The position numbers were made by a program, and so were the translations under genes. A stretch of DNA of 64,000 nucleotides from Felis catus (taxonomy: Eukaryota), in NCBI RefSeq assembly GCF_018350175.1, contig NC_058368.1, positions 220,226,001-220,290,000 of the forward strand. Direction: 5' to 3'. Below the pieces are notes generated by a model that was not told where the DNA came from, did no database searches, and was given only the letters and a program-made list of their open reading frames with translations. Below, one piece after another: positions 25,931-38,510 of this stretch; positions within the stretch are counted from its first letter, which is position 1, and each line of letters opens with the position of its first letter.

Positions 25931-26452
25931 GTAGATATGTGTTTTTAATTGATGACCCTCTAATATTCTTAGCAGAATGAATTACAAGATTCATAAGAAA
26001 GTCCTAAATTTATTGTTTTTCAAGGGCCAGGAAGTGAGAAAGAAGGAATACAACTTCTGTGAGTGATATTGTTGACATTATTTTTATATTGTTTGAGTAG
26101 ACATACACAAATTGATAGATTTACAAATACACACACTTGTACTGCCTAAACTTATGCAGCATGTGTGAGTCCACCCTCCTCTACCAGTCAACACTGACAA
26201 ATCTCCTTATGGATACTGAAGATTAAACATCCTCCCCTTGAAGTAAGCCTGGGAATATATGTAAATGGAATAAAATTTTTTGATACACAATGATGCAAAA
26301 ATAGATGAGTTAATAAAAAGGACATGCACTGAACAAAAAAATAAAGAGAAAAAGACAAAAACATATTCACAAATATAGGGCATACATTTTCTCACTTTAC
26401 TCCTGACCAGACACTCTGGAATTAAAACAAAATAAGACTTTTAGAGGTTTTC

Positions 26453-26968
26453 TTTTTTTTTTTTTCTTTTATTTAAATTCCAGTAGACTAACACACAGTG
26501 TAATGTTAGCTTCAAGTGCACAACGCAATGATTCAGTTCTGTACAATACTCCGTGTTCATCACAAGTGCACTCCTTCCCCATCATCTATCCAACCCATCC
26601 CCCCAGCCGTCTATCCTCTGGAAATCATCAGTTTGTTCTCTATAGTTAAGAGTCTGTTTCTTTGTTTGCTTATCTCTTTCTCTTTCGTTTTGCTCATTTG
26701 TTTTGTTTCTTAATTCAACATGAGTGAAATCATATGATGTTTACTTTCTCTGACTTATTTCATGTAGTACTGTACTGTCTAGTTCCATCCATCTTGTTCT
26801 AAATGGCAAGACTTCATTCTTTTTATGGCTTAATATTTCAGTGTATGGATACATCACATCTTCTTTATCCATTCATCTGTCGATGGATTCTTTGGCTGCT
26901 TCCATAATTTAGCTATTATACATAATGCTGCGATAAACATAGGGGTACAAGTATACCTTTGAATTGGT
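26453..26968 (-). mobile_element. Carnivore L1 3'-end fragment
   Basis: T-rich tail and 3' UTR motifs shared with 11305-11800. Confidence 0.9.
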
Positions 26969-27554
26969 GAACAAGCTTCTATTTTAAGTTTCATAACAGG
27001 TGCCCTTAGTTTGGCCATTTGCTTGGGAATTTAGAACTGATCTATTCTGGATAATTAACCTTAGGAAATAGTTAATACAAAGTGTACCGGTAGAAAACAT
27101 TTTTTATTCTATTTGAACTTTTTTTGTTCTTGATATTCCTTAAGTAAAGAAAAAGACCTGAAGTGATTCCAGAAAATGAATCTTAATTGACCTGCTATAA
27201 AATAAGTTAAGTCTCTAGGAGACACTTTCTTTTATCCTGACTTGACAATGATTCTAAATTTACTGTGTGCAAGATAATTCCAAGGATTTTCTGACACACA
27301 TAAAGAGAATGGCTACACAATCCTAATGGACCTATATTTTTGATTATTCTGCTATGGAATATTTCAAAGTCTTAATATTCATGAAGTAGAACTAAATGGA
27401 GTTTTATCATCCACTCATTTACTCATTCAAGAAATATTTATTGAGCATCACCACAAAAATTTCATGATATTAGATATTTGAAAATATTGGACTCTAAAAA
27501 GCATACCCACAGGAAAAATAATTAAAGGCAAAATATAAGGAACAGAAATAAAAA

Positions 27555-27750
27555 GAGGGATGCCTGGATAGCTGTCAGTTGAGTGTCCCAATCTTGATTT
27601 TAGCTCAGGTGATGATCTCACGGTCATGGGATCTATCCTCGCGTCAGGCTCTGTGCTGAGCATGGAATCTGCTTGGTAATGTCTCTCTCTCTCCCTCTAC
27701 CTCTCTCTTTCTCTTAAGTAAATAAGTAAATAATTAATTAGTTAATTAAT
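27555..27750 (+). mobile_element. CanSINE (older subfamily)
   Basis: SINE body and A-rich tail. Confidence 0.9.
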
Positions 27751-28124
27751 AAAAGAGAGTGCCAGCAAACATTAAGGGGTTTCGTCAATCTGCCAGTCAC
27801 AAAACACCAGTATTCTTATTCTGACATTGGCCATCAAGAGCTATACAATTTGACTCTAGGAAATCTCAAAGAGTGGAAATTTTCATGTGCCTTTGATGAT
27901 GTGGTGAAGCCAGGGCTTCCTAACTAGTAAGCTAGTTTAAAACTATTAGTAAACCAACTGTTTCCCGAGTGTTTTGGATTTTAAACAGCATGTGATAAAA
28001 AAGCTCATCATTCTTATATTAGCCAAGGATTAAAGCCAAATATCCAAGAGACCCAGAGACATGAATTACAGCTCCATAAATTGACTCTCTTGCGTTCCCA
28101 CAATGAGTGAGGCATCATTTTCAA

Positions 28125-28730
28125 CCCAGATGATACAGCAATAAACAAAAGAGATAAACTTCCTTGTCTACCAGAAGAACACAAAATAAATAAGTATATA
28201 TTAAACTAGATAGTAGGAATGCTATGTTTAATAATACAAGAGGAATAAACATGTGTTGTCACAAGTGATGCAATTGTTATTTTAGATCTGATGACCGGAA
28301 AGACCCAACTTGCAAATAGTGAGTAAAAACATGAAGAAAGTGAGGGAGTAAGGCTTGCTTTTGTTGGGAGGAAGAACATTCCAGGTTGAGGAAACAACAA
28401 CTCTAAAGACCTTGAAATGGGACATACTGGCTTGTTCCAAGAACTATGTGCAAGCCAGTATAAGCAGAAGCACCTATGCAATCAGGAGACAACGAAGCAT
28501 TGAAGAGAGGGAACTGGAGGCAGATAACAAGGGCCTTCACAGACCCTTGTAAAGACCTGGTTTTCCTGAGTGAGTTGGGAACTCACTGCAGAGCTTTGAG
28601 CAGAATAATGTTATATTATGACACATTGGTTGCTGTGCTGAAAAATAGAATAAAGGAAAGCAATGACAGAAGCAGGAAAATTTTTGTGTGGGCAACTCTA
28701 ATAATTCAGACACTGGATAATACTTGTTTG
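28125..28730 (-). mobile_element. L2 relic
   Basis: gatacagcaataaacaaaagag, gaagaacattccaggttgaggaaacaac, gggccttcacagacc, tggttgctgtgctgaaaaataga. Confidence 0.65.
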
Positions 28731-29218
28731 GACTTGCAATTCATCTGTTTATCTCAAAAACGACATACAGAGTCTAGCCCTAAAGCTCCTCCAAGGAAGT
28801 TTCAAACTTCAACTAGCACGTTGTAAATCACTAGTACCCTACCTTATCCTTATCTTGGTTAAGAGCCAGTCAGTAGTGGACTTCTGGTATCTCTAGAGAT
28901 AATCATACAGCTATGCCAGCAAGATATGAAATAGCTCTTTCCTATACAGTCCAATTTTCTCACTATTGGGCAAGACCTTTTATAAATTGCAATAGTATTT
29001 TTTTCTGTATGTTTTGAACCATTTACAAAGGAGAAAAAGTGAAAAGAAAAAATACAAAATACTATCTATGTATATCATCCAATGAACTACTGTTTTAAAG
29101 AAATATTCCAGTTAACCAAACAGTCCAGAACAAATTTGTTTAGAAGCATGAGCAATCTTGACATTTTACCTTTTTTTTTTTAGCAGAGCTCCTTTTTCTT
29201 CAAAACTATGTGTGTGTG

Positions 29219-30195
29219 TTTTTTTTTTTTTTGCATCTATTGAAGTGATCATGTTTTTTGTTTTCTGTTTTTTTTTTTAACCCTTCTCCTGATGTGAAGT
29301 ATCAGGTTGATAGATTTTCAAATATTGAACCCACTCTCCATCCCAGGATTAAGTCCCACTTGATTGTGGTGAATGATTTTTTAAATGTATTTTTGTATTC
29401 AGCTTGCTAATATTTTGCTGAGGAATTTTGCATATATGTTCATCAGAGATATTGGCCTATAGTTCTTGTTTGTAGTGTCTTTATCTGGTTTTGGTATCAG
29501 GGCAATGCTGGCCTCATAGAATGAGTTTGAAATCTTTCCTTCCCCTCCACTTTTTTTTTTTTTTTTTTTTTTTTTACCTTTGGAACAGTTTGAGAACAGC
29601 TGTTAACTCTTCTCTAAATGTTTGGTAGAATTCACCTGTGAAGCCATCTGGTCCAGGAATTTTGTTCTTTGGAGGTTTTTTGATTACTGGTTCAATCTCT
29701 CTTCCATATATCCCCGGCATTTTTCAAACTGCTATTTGTATGATGTATCCCATGGGGCTGTTTCTTGTGCCTCCTCTTTAAGGACAGGGACTCAGCTTCC
29801 TATCACCCTGCAGGTTCTCCCAGAGCCAAGCCTACTGATTTTAAAGTTCCAGGTGTTAAGCCCCACTGGTTGTAAGATCTTGGCTCTCTGGTTTTCAAAG
29901 CCAAATGTTATGGGGATTCATCCTCCATGTGGGCTCCCTGGTGTGAGAATCAGTTTCTCTTTCTGCTCTGAGCCACTCCCTCCCTGTGTGAACAGTCACA
30001 GGTCCATTTAGTCACCATGTCTCCACCCTTCTTACCCTCTTCGATGCAGTCTCTTCATTTAGCAATGGAGAGTTTGTTTTGCTAATCTTCAGGTTGTTTT
30101 CTGACTTATTGACACCAATGTGGCTGTTACGTAATTGTATCCATGGAAGGAGGTGAGCTTAGGGCCCTCCTATTCTACCATCTTCCCCAGAAGTC
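29219..30195 (-). mobile_element. Internally deleted, 3'-truncated carnivore L1: 5' UTR start (30195-~29700) fused to a mid-ORF2 segment (~29700-29233)
   Basis: Minus strand starts gacttctggggaagatgg (L1 5'-end-like); after the junction gagattgaaccagtaatcaaaaaacctcc aligns with 53690ff and ends atagatgc(A)14, aligning with ~54125. Confidence 0.8.
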
Positions 30196-31369
30196 AAATT
30201 GTTTCAATTCTTTATCTTAATAAATGCAGTTCTAAAATTGGTGTCCATAGAAATTATGTTCTATTGTTTCTCTACCTACTTTCTATATAAAAATCATTTT
30301 TAATGTCAAAATATATGAGGATCATCTCATAATGAGAATTTCACTAATTGGCATATATACACACATTGCTTCCACAAACTTAACACTTTGAATTTCCACA
30401 AAATTTATTAACACTACAAGTGTATTAACACTTATTACAAATTTGTTAATTCTTATTCATTTTCTTCATAACATCATTTTACATAGACTAAGATATCTGT
30501 GGATCATATTATTTGGGGGGACTATGTGCTATGTCCTATGAACTTATAGGTTTATATTCTGCTTATAATAAAATTGAACATCCAGGGTCTTCCAATTCAC
30601 ATGGCATGAGTGATTCCATCAGTTTATCTACAATCATAATTAACTAAAAATAGATACTAAAACAAAACCAAATAAATCCATTAGAACCTAAGGAAATGGC
30701 AAGTGTGCTATAAGACAAAATATTTGAGAAGTTTCTTGGAAAGAGAGAAAAATAGTAGAAACTGGCTGATGACAATATAATTAAGCCTAAAATCTCTTAA
30801 TCCCCCCAAAAATTAGATGATATTTTTTGGGTTAAAGATCCCTTCTCAAAGAAACTGCAAGAGCTCTGAGATTTACGAAGCTGAGGGAGAGTTATAAAAT
30901 TAAATAGGTCATAGGGTGCTTTATAGAACCATAAGCGATAACCAGACTGGTCATCCAGTCATCTTCCCCCATGGATTTAAAGCCACTTGCTGCAAAAATT
31001 CACCCCAGGGAAGAATTAATACAAAACAGTGACATCTAATTTTCCCCAGCTCTGATGACAGCTCCTAGCCAAAACATACCTAAAATAAATCTCTTTGTCT
31101 ATGCCCTAGTGACTCATACAGAGATTCTTATATTTATTCTTCCAATTATTTACTAAAGCACACATATACATTGAGTGCTTACTATGTATAGGGTGCTCTA
31201 AGATCTTGTAAATAACAGCGAGTAATAGTAGTGTTTTAAAAGACGTTTTTGGTGTGCAACAATTGATAGTAGGATGCCATATTAAATAAGGTGGTCAGGT
31301 TAGGTTTCATGGAGATTTTGAAATATTACAAAAACATGAGGATGATGGAGAAAGCCAAACAGATGTGAC

Positions 31370-32660
31370 AGTTACACCACACTGTAAATTTATTTAATGC
31401 CATTGAATTACATACTTACAAATGGTTAGATATATTTAGATATATTTAACCACTTTTTTTAAGAAAAAGAGCTATCAACCCACAAAAAAGGCATGGATAA
31501 ATCTTAAATGCATGTTAATTAACTTATATAAATTGAAGAAACCAGTCTGAAAAGGCTACATGCATGATTATTTTCAACACGTGACATTCTGGAAGAGGCA
31601 AAGTATAAATATGGTAGAAACACTAGTGGTAAGTACGGGCTTAGGGTAGGGAAAAAGAAGGGATTTAATAGGCGAACATGGGATTTATTTTAAGGGTGGT
31701 AAAACTATTCTATATGATACTATAATTTTGGATATACAACACTGCATTTTCCAAAATGCTTCATAATACAAAGAGTGTATCTTAATTATAAAAGTTTTAA
31801 AAAATCACTCAGGAGGTTGAAGGAATTCCAGGGTGGGTTGTAAAATATTGCAAATATATGAAACAACCTCAGTGAGGTAGATGGGGAGAAAAGTCGCTGA
31901 CCTAAGTAACTTTACAAATAAGTAGAATTTAAAACTAAAGACAAGAGAAGCTATATAAGCAATAAAGTTGCATCACAAAGGGTGTGGGTTAAAAATGCTG
32001 ATGCTGCTGTGCATGTATATTGGAAGTGAACACTTAAGTGAATGGATAGGGTGTGGTGGGAGCCAAGTTTCTTACAGCTTGAGTGGAAATTCACAGACAA
32101 GGAGAGGAAGCTTGAATGATGTATACAGTAATAGATTAAAGTTGGAGACATTATTATGAACTCAGGTCTAACTTAATACAGATAGTTACATATAGAAATA
32201 TTTACAGGTCTATGTATATAATACCATTAATATACACACATATATTTCCTTTCTCTGTCAGCAGAGAGAACATAGAACAAAAATATACCAGTAACAATGA
32301 GTAAAGTCCTGTTCATTATTTGTAATATAATTTTCCAATAAAAGGGAGTAGGACTCTGTGGACACATGACTAATTCTAAAGTGAGACAAGAAGTGTGCCA
32401 AATGAGTCTGAAACATCTTTCTGCACCACAGTAAGAAATTGTTCAAAAATAAACAAACAAACTAATATAGGGATATGTCAAAGGAGAACAAGAGTCAACC
32501 GAAAGAACTCCCAAAAGTTTAAAGCAATTTGAGCAAACAAAAGAAATAAAGTTGTACTGAGTTATAAATCAGTGTAAAACAGATATCCATAAGTCTATAA
32601 AATGTAAATAAATAATGAAGAAGTATATAAGAAGAGACATATGTTCTGCTCAGAAGAATT
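31370..32660 (+). mobile_element. Old L1 3' UTR (L1MC/L1MD-like)
   Basis: aatgccattgaattacatactt, agaaaccagtctgaaaaggctacatgcatgatt, aaactattctatatgatact. Confidence 0.7.
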
Positions 32661-32689
32661 TTATACATATGCTGCTCTCTGTCAGAAAT

Positions 32690-33180
32690 TAATATGGCTA
32701 CTACTGTTTTCTTTCTTCCAATTTTTGTCTTCTACTATTTGTCTTTTGTGGTTTTAATTGAGCATTTTATTTTTTAAGCATATCAGTTGTACTTCTTTTG
32801 ATATTTTAGATGTTGCCTTTGAGTTTACAACATACTTTTAAAACTAATCCACGTCCACTTTAAAATAACATTATTCTACTTCACAAATGATACAAGTCCC
32901 TTATAATAATAAAATAATCCAATTCTTCCTTCTTATCCCTTGCATCCTTGCTGTCATTCATTTACTTACACATATACATATACAGCCTATATAATCAAAT
33001 ACATTGTTATTATAATTTTGAAAAAATATATAGATTTAGACCAATTAATTTAAGAAAAATAAAAATCACTATTCTTTCCTGATGCTTTTCCTTTATGTGG
33101 ATCAACGTTTCTGAGCTATGTCAGTTTTTTCTCTCTTAAGAACTTCTTTTACTCTTTGTTGCAAGGCATATCTACTGGTT
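32690..33180 (-). mobile_element. Old L1M fragment (ORF1/ORF2 junction region)
   Basis: ctaatccacgtccacttt, ttctttcctgatgc, aagaacttctttt...gcaaggcatatctactg. Confidence 0.6.
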
Positions 33181-33483
33181 TATCCAGCTTGAATAATGGA
33201 ATTGGGAGATAACAGATCATATATGGGTTTTCAAATGTAGAGGTGGAAGCAGTAACTAGCTGAGTAGCAACTCAGTTATACTATCCGATGCCTAATAATT
33301 TTATGTGCAAATGTTGATATAATTTTATTTTGCGACAATATAAAAACTGAAAGAGATTATATGAAGTACTTGGTTTTCAGACTATACTAAGTTGCACATG
33401 TATAAGAATTTTAGTTATAAGTAATATCATTATTTCAAACGGTTAGACTGATGTCATTCAATCCAATGAAAACTGAAGACAAA

Positions 33484-33672
33484 CTGAGGGTTGATGGGGG
33501 GTGGGAGGGAGGGGAGGGTGGGTGATGGGTATTGAGGAGGGCACCTTTTGGGATGAGCACTGGGTGTTGTATGGAAACCAATTTGACAATAAATTTCATA
33601 TATTGAAAAAAAATTTTTAAAATAAAAAATAAAAAAAATAAATAAAACATTAAAAAAATAAAATGAAAAAAA
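33484..33672 (+). mobile_element. Young feline L1, extreme 3'-end insertion (~125 bp plus A-rich tail)
   Basis: Near-identical to 56250-56368; TSD aaaactgaagacaaa at 33469-33483 and 33673-33687. Confidence 0.95.
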
Positions 33673-33906
33673 AAAACTGAAGACAAAATGAACCTTGATA
33701 TTCAGAGTCCTTTCTAAAATCAAAATTGAAATTTTGCATTTATAAACAAAAGTTAAACTATACTAAGCACAGAACACACTTCCTAACAATAGGTGCTAGA
33801 AACATTATTATTATTGTTGCCTATGAAAGCAAAATGCATTTAAAATAAATAATGTATTTAAAATAAAATGTTGGGCCACCTGGGTATATATAAATATTCC
33901 TGTGTG

Positions 33907-33911
<5 letters not shown>

Positions 33912-33956
<45 letters not shown>
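33912..33956. repeat. (CA)n microsatellite
   Basis: Direct reading. Confidence 0.95.
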
Positions 33957-33960
<4 letters not shown>

Positions 33961-34183
33961 AATGTGACAATGTATCCAAGGTATATACACGAAGTTAGCA
34001 AGGCAAAAGGAGAGTAAACCAATGATTTAAGGAGAATAGCCATGACATATCAAGGATTTTGTTAGATGATCATAATGCACAGGAAAAAGTGAAAGAGAAA
34101 AAGTTTTCTCAAATGAGGATAAATAAGACATATAAACATTAATTAAAACATGGTTCACAGCTACAAAAAATAAATATCCAATT

Positions 34184-34386
34184 GGGGCGCCTGGGTGGCG
34201 CAGTCGGTTAAGTGTCCGACCTCAGCCAGGTCACGATCTCGCGGTCCGTGAGTTCGAGCCCCGCGTCAGGCTCTGGGCTGATGGCTCAGAGCCTGGAGCC
34301 TGTTTCCGATTCTGTGTCTCCCTCTCTCTCTGCCCCTCCCCCGTTCATGCTCTGTCTTTCTCTGTCCCAAAAATAAATAAACGTTG
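34184..34386 (+). mobile_element. Young feline CanSINE with almost no A-tail
   Basis: CpG-rich body; TSD aaaataaatatccaatt at 34167-34183 and 34387-34403. Confidence 0.97.
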
Positions 34387-35999
34387 AAAATAAATATCCA
34401 ATTGACCTGGATATTATCTTTATCTCCTTCTCACCAAAAAGTTCAACAACATCTTGGTAAGATAGCGAAATGCCTTTGGGAGACTACTTTTCATCATGGA
34501 ACTATTGCTCAAATGTTAACGTGTGAATCAAAAGAAATTTGTCCCCTCCCCATGTAAATGTGCTTTATTTTTTCCCAAATCAAAAATATCAGTTTTTTTT
34601 AAAGTGACTCCTGTAAAATGTGGAACCAACTATTATATCAAATTAATTCACAATACGGCAACAAGAATAGCCTGCAATAGTTACAGACAATTTAACATTT
34701 GCCTCCTTTATTACCTAAGAAATGCTTGTTCTTTGCATGAGTGGCATTGGCCATATGTGGTTATAATTAATTACAAATTACCTACTCAATTGATGATACC
34801 TGGTACAGCTGGGTTTTTTTTTTCCTGAAACTATTGTTTAAGCATTGAAATATTCATTAATTTCTGGAGCCATATGTACGTTCACATTTTTGTAATGCAC
34901 TAGTTTAATTACACATTGAAAATGTATTCCTTGTTAATTATCATAAGCATTAACATTTAATCAATGAAACTTGAAGTCTTTGGCAGAAGTGCTGCAATTG
35001 CTGTTGTTTACTATAATATTAGGGAAATTTCACGCCTATCGCACTTCCTATCCATGTGGGCTTGCAAACTTGTTAGGTACCTTAATCAAAAAATTTTATG
35101 CCAGCAGAGCCAACCTTGAGAGTCAATATTTGTCTTACTGTATTTCATTATTTTTCCTTCCCTGAAAAATAGGACATTGTGCAGCAGGTAAAATTCCATG
35201 GAGCATGTCACTAGAAATAAAACTTCTCTGATGATTATTAACAAAGCAACTGAATCATGTTTTTCAAAAAGAGAGTTAAAAAGAGAGATTGATTCAAAAA
35301 GGTTGAATAAGATCTAATCTGGAAAACAAGTATGTGCAATGGAATATTCCCAGAAACTCCTAAAAGCGGTATTTTAAAAATCAACATGTTAAGAAACAAA
35401 AAAGAAATAAATAGTAAAATCGTCCCCTAATAACAGCATATAGACTTTCAAGGTGGAAGGCCAACATATACTTACAAAAGATGTACATATTACACACTTG
35501 CTAATAGATTCAACACATTCTGTGCCTTCCAGAAAATGTACACCAAAGAATTTTATTTCAAGTAAATAAAGTCTTACCCTTCGGCTTGAATATGATATAT
35601 CATTTCGTAAAGCAGGGAAATTTGTATTTTATACACTTTTATTACAAATGAAAAATATACTCTTCATTGGTGTCAAATGTATAAGGAATTAAATTGAGTT
35701 ATAATAAAATATATACATGTAATATATATGATATACACACAAGCACACACATATGTATATAAACATACATAAATATACATCGATCATGTAACTAATCAAT
35801 ACAATAAGAACTCCACTAAGAAGTTAACTATAGATTGACTGCACATCCAAGGAAACTAGTCTTTCGTCTTATGGTTCCTCTGGGATCTTTGGAAGCAGTT
35901 AAGGTTCAGCATAGATCCATATAATGATAATAGAAACTGAATTCTGTGTCAAATATCTACAGATGAAAACTGAAATGACTGAGGATTTTTTTTAAAAGC

Positions 36000-36581
36000 T
36001 ACTCCAAGTGGAATTAATGGCAGATGTGACAGATTTGACTTTGCAGAAAAGACTAGTTAACTTGAAGACATAATAATAGTAACTGTTAAAAATGAAATAT
36101 GGATAAGAGTCAAGAGAAAGGTGGAGGAGAAAGATACAAGACATAATTGGACAAACTCTAGTGGACTAGTATAAATTTTTGGAGACTTTCCAGGAGAATA
36201 GAAGGAAGAGAGAGCAGAGAAAACAATACATTTGAATAAAATATGGCTGAAAACTTTCCACACTGATTAAAGAAAGCTATAATTTCATCAACTCAAACAA
36301 GCTCACTGAATCATAAACACAAGATATGGAGAAAATAATTATAATCAAACTGATCAAAACCATTAGTCAACAGAAAATCTTAAAAGCAGAGAGAGAAAAA
36401 AAGACATATGTAAGGGAAAGGAACAGAGATAAGAATGAGAAATTTCATTTTAGAAAAAAATGTAAGCAAGAAGACAGTGGAAGTACATATTTAACATTCT
36501 GGAAGAAAACAAAAAACAAAACCTAGGATTCTGTACCCAGTGAATATTTCTTTCAAAAATCAAGGTAAAATATAGACATTT

Positions 36582-36627
<46 letters not shown>

Positions 36628-37110
36628 GCTAAAAGAATTCATCACCATCATACTGAATGAAAAGTTAAAAGAAGTCCTTCAGAATGAAATAATGATATCA
36701 GATATATCAGATGTAAATATAGATCAAACCAATGGAATTAGAGCACCAAAAATGATAATTACATTAAAAATACATAAAACATTTCTTATTAATAATTTGT
36801 TTTATAAATCAGATAACAATGCTTAAATCAAATAATTATGTGTTTTCAAATTTATAATGTATACCAAAGTAAAATATGACAAACAAAATAACAGATTGAA
36901 AAAATAGAAATATGCTATTATGAGTTTTTTAATATACATAAATTAACTAATATCATATGAAGGTAGACTCTAGTAAGTTAAAGTTGTATACTATAAATCC
37001 TAAAATCACCAGTGAAATTGCAGTACAAGAATTATAGAATTATAATAATCAAAAAAAAGAGAAAATGGAATCCTAAAAAAATAATCAGTTCAGAAGAAGG
37101 CATAAAAATG
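36000..37110 (+). mobile_element. Old L1M ORF1 region, with (CA)n at 36585-36624
   Basis: ORF1-like remnants (IIIKLIKT..QKILKAEREK; aggattctgtacccagtg; aaagaattcatcacca). Confidence 0.75.
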
Positions 37111-37177
37111 TTTTAAAAGTTCACACTTACCAGAGTATAAGCAGATGAGTGGGAGCCTCCATAGAAGCTAGTGCCAA

Positions 37178-37369
37178 GGGGCACCAGGGTTGCTCAGTCG
37201 GTTCAGTGTCTGATTCTTGGTTCTGGCTCCGGTCATGATCTCACAGTTCACGGGTTTGAGCCCTGCATGGGGCTCTGCACTGACAGCATGGAGCCTGCTT
37301 GGGATTCTCTCTTCCTCTCTCTCTGCCCCTTCCCCCCCAAAAAAATAAATAAATACTTTTTTAAAAAAT
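37178..37369 (+). mobile_element. CanSINE (older subfamily)
   Basis: TSD ctagtgccaag at 37168-37178 and 37370-37380. Confidence 0.94.
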
Positions 37370-37978
37370 CTAGTGCCAAGCCAGGAAAATCTGAGGTGTA
37401 ATTTACAAATTGCTGAAGGCTCAGAGTGAATAAGTCTGACTGAAAAACGCTAGGAGAATCCAGTTATATGGCAGCTCCCACAATTTTGTGAGATTCACCT
37501 CCAAGAGCTCAACCTGGTTCCTGCACTGAATACCAGAGACCAATCTCCTTGTTCTCCCTGAAAGGGAAGGAGGGAAGCAACCTTTCTGAAACAAGTCAGA
37601 CTACTCTGTTCTTCTTCAGTAAAGCCTCCTCTCAGGAGAAACCAATTAAGTAATGCCTAGCTTGCTTGGGTATTATCTGAACTTATCTCACCTGGGGGAA
37701 GGGAACTACCCAACTCAGCTCTAGCCTCATCTTTTCCCCCTTATGTTCTGGGGATTAGAACATGGACATCTTTAGTGGGACCATTATTATATCTATCACA
37801 GCATCAGAAATCAGAAATTATGCATATATTTGGGATGTTGTTTGATAAAATAACATTGTTATTTACATTTATTATATTTATAGCATTTTAATTAGAAGAT
37901 GCTAGTTAGTTATTGTTTGTTTATAATGTATTTAAATAAATATGCATATACCCAAACTCATACAAACACACATTCACA

Positions 37979-38510
37979 GGTGGTAGATATGCAACCTCTA
38001 ACGAGGGCCCCAACGATCACTGGCTCCTTGTATTCACACTCTTGTGGAATCTCCCTCTCTTGCTTGTGGGCTATAATTAGTGACTCACTTTTACCAAATG
38101 GACTATGGTGGTAGTAATGGGTTCTCCTAACTGAGATTAGATTATGAAGAATTTGGTTGTCATTGGAGGTACTTTTTCTTATTCTCTCTTGGATCATTTA
38201 CTCTGTGGGAAGCCAGATGACATACCATGAAGCCAGTGTGTGGAAAGAGGCATGTGAAGCTTGGAAGCTTAACTTCTATTGTCTGCCAAAAGCCAAGTGA
38301 GGGATCTTGGAAATAAACCCTCCCCCAGTTGAGCCTTGAGACAACTGCAATCCCAGATGACACCTTGATTGTAGTGTCACTGGAGATTCTGAACCTCAAA
38401 CACCAAGCATATGCTCTGCTCCTCCTGGAAACTGTGAGATGATAAATGTTTGTTGTTTTAAGCCACTAAAGTTGGGGTGATTTGCTATGTATCAGTAGAT
38501 AACTAATGTG
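37979..38510 (+). mobile_element. MaLR solo LTR (MLT1-type)
   Basis: ggtggtag start; ccccagttgagccttgagacaactgc; gataaatgtttgttgttttaagccactaaagttgggg...tagataactaat end. Confidence 0.8.

Noticed and set aside
35139..35187. Two further microexon-like units: 23 nt on minus (35139-35161) and 15 nt on plus (35173-35187)
   Set aside because: Weak acceptor or donor context on opposite strands side by side, consistent with chance
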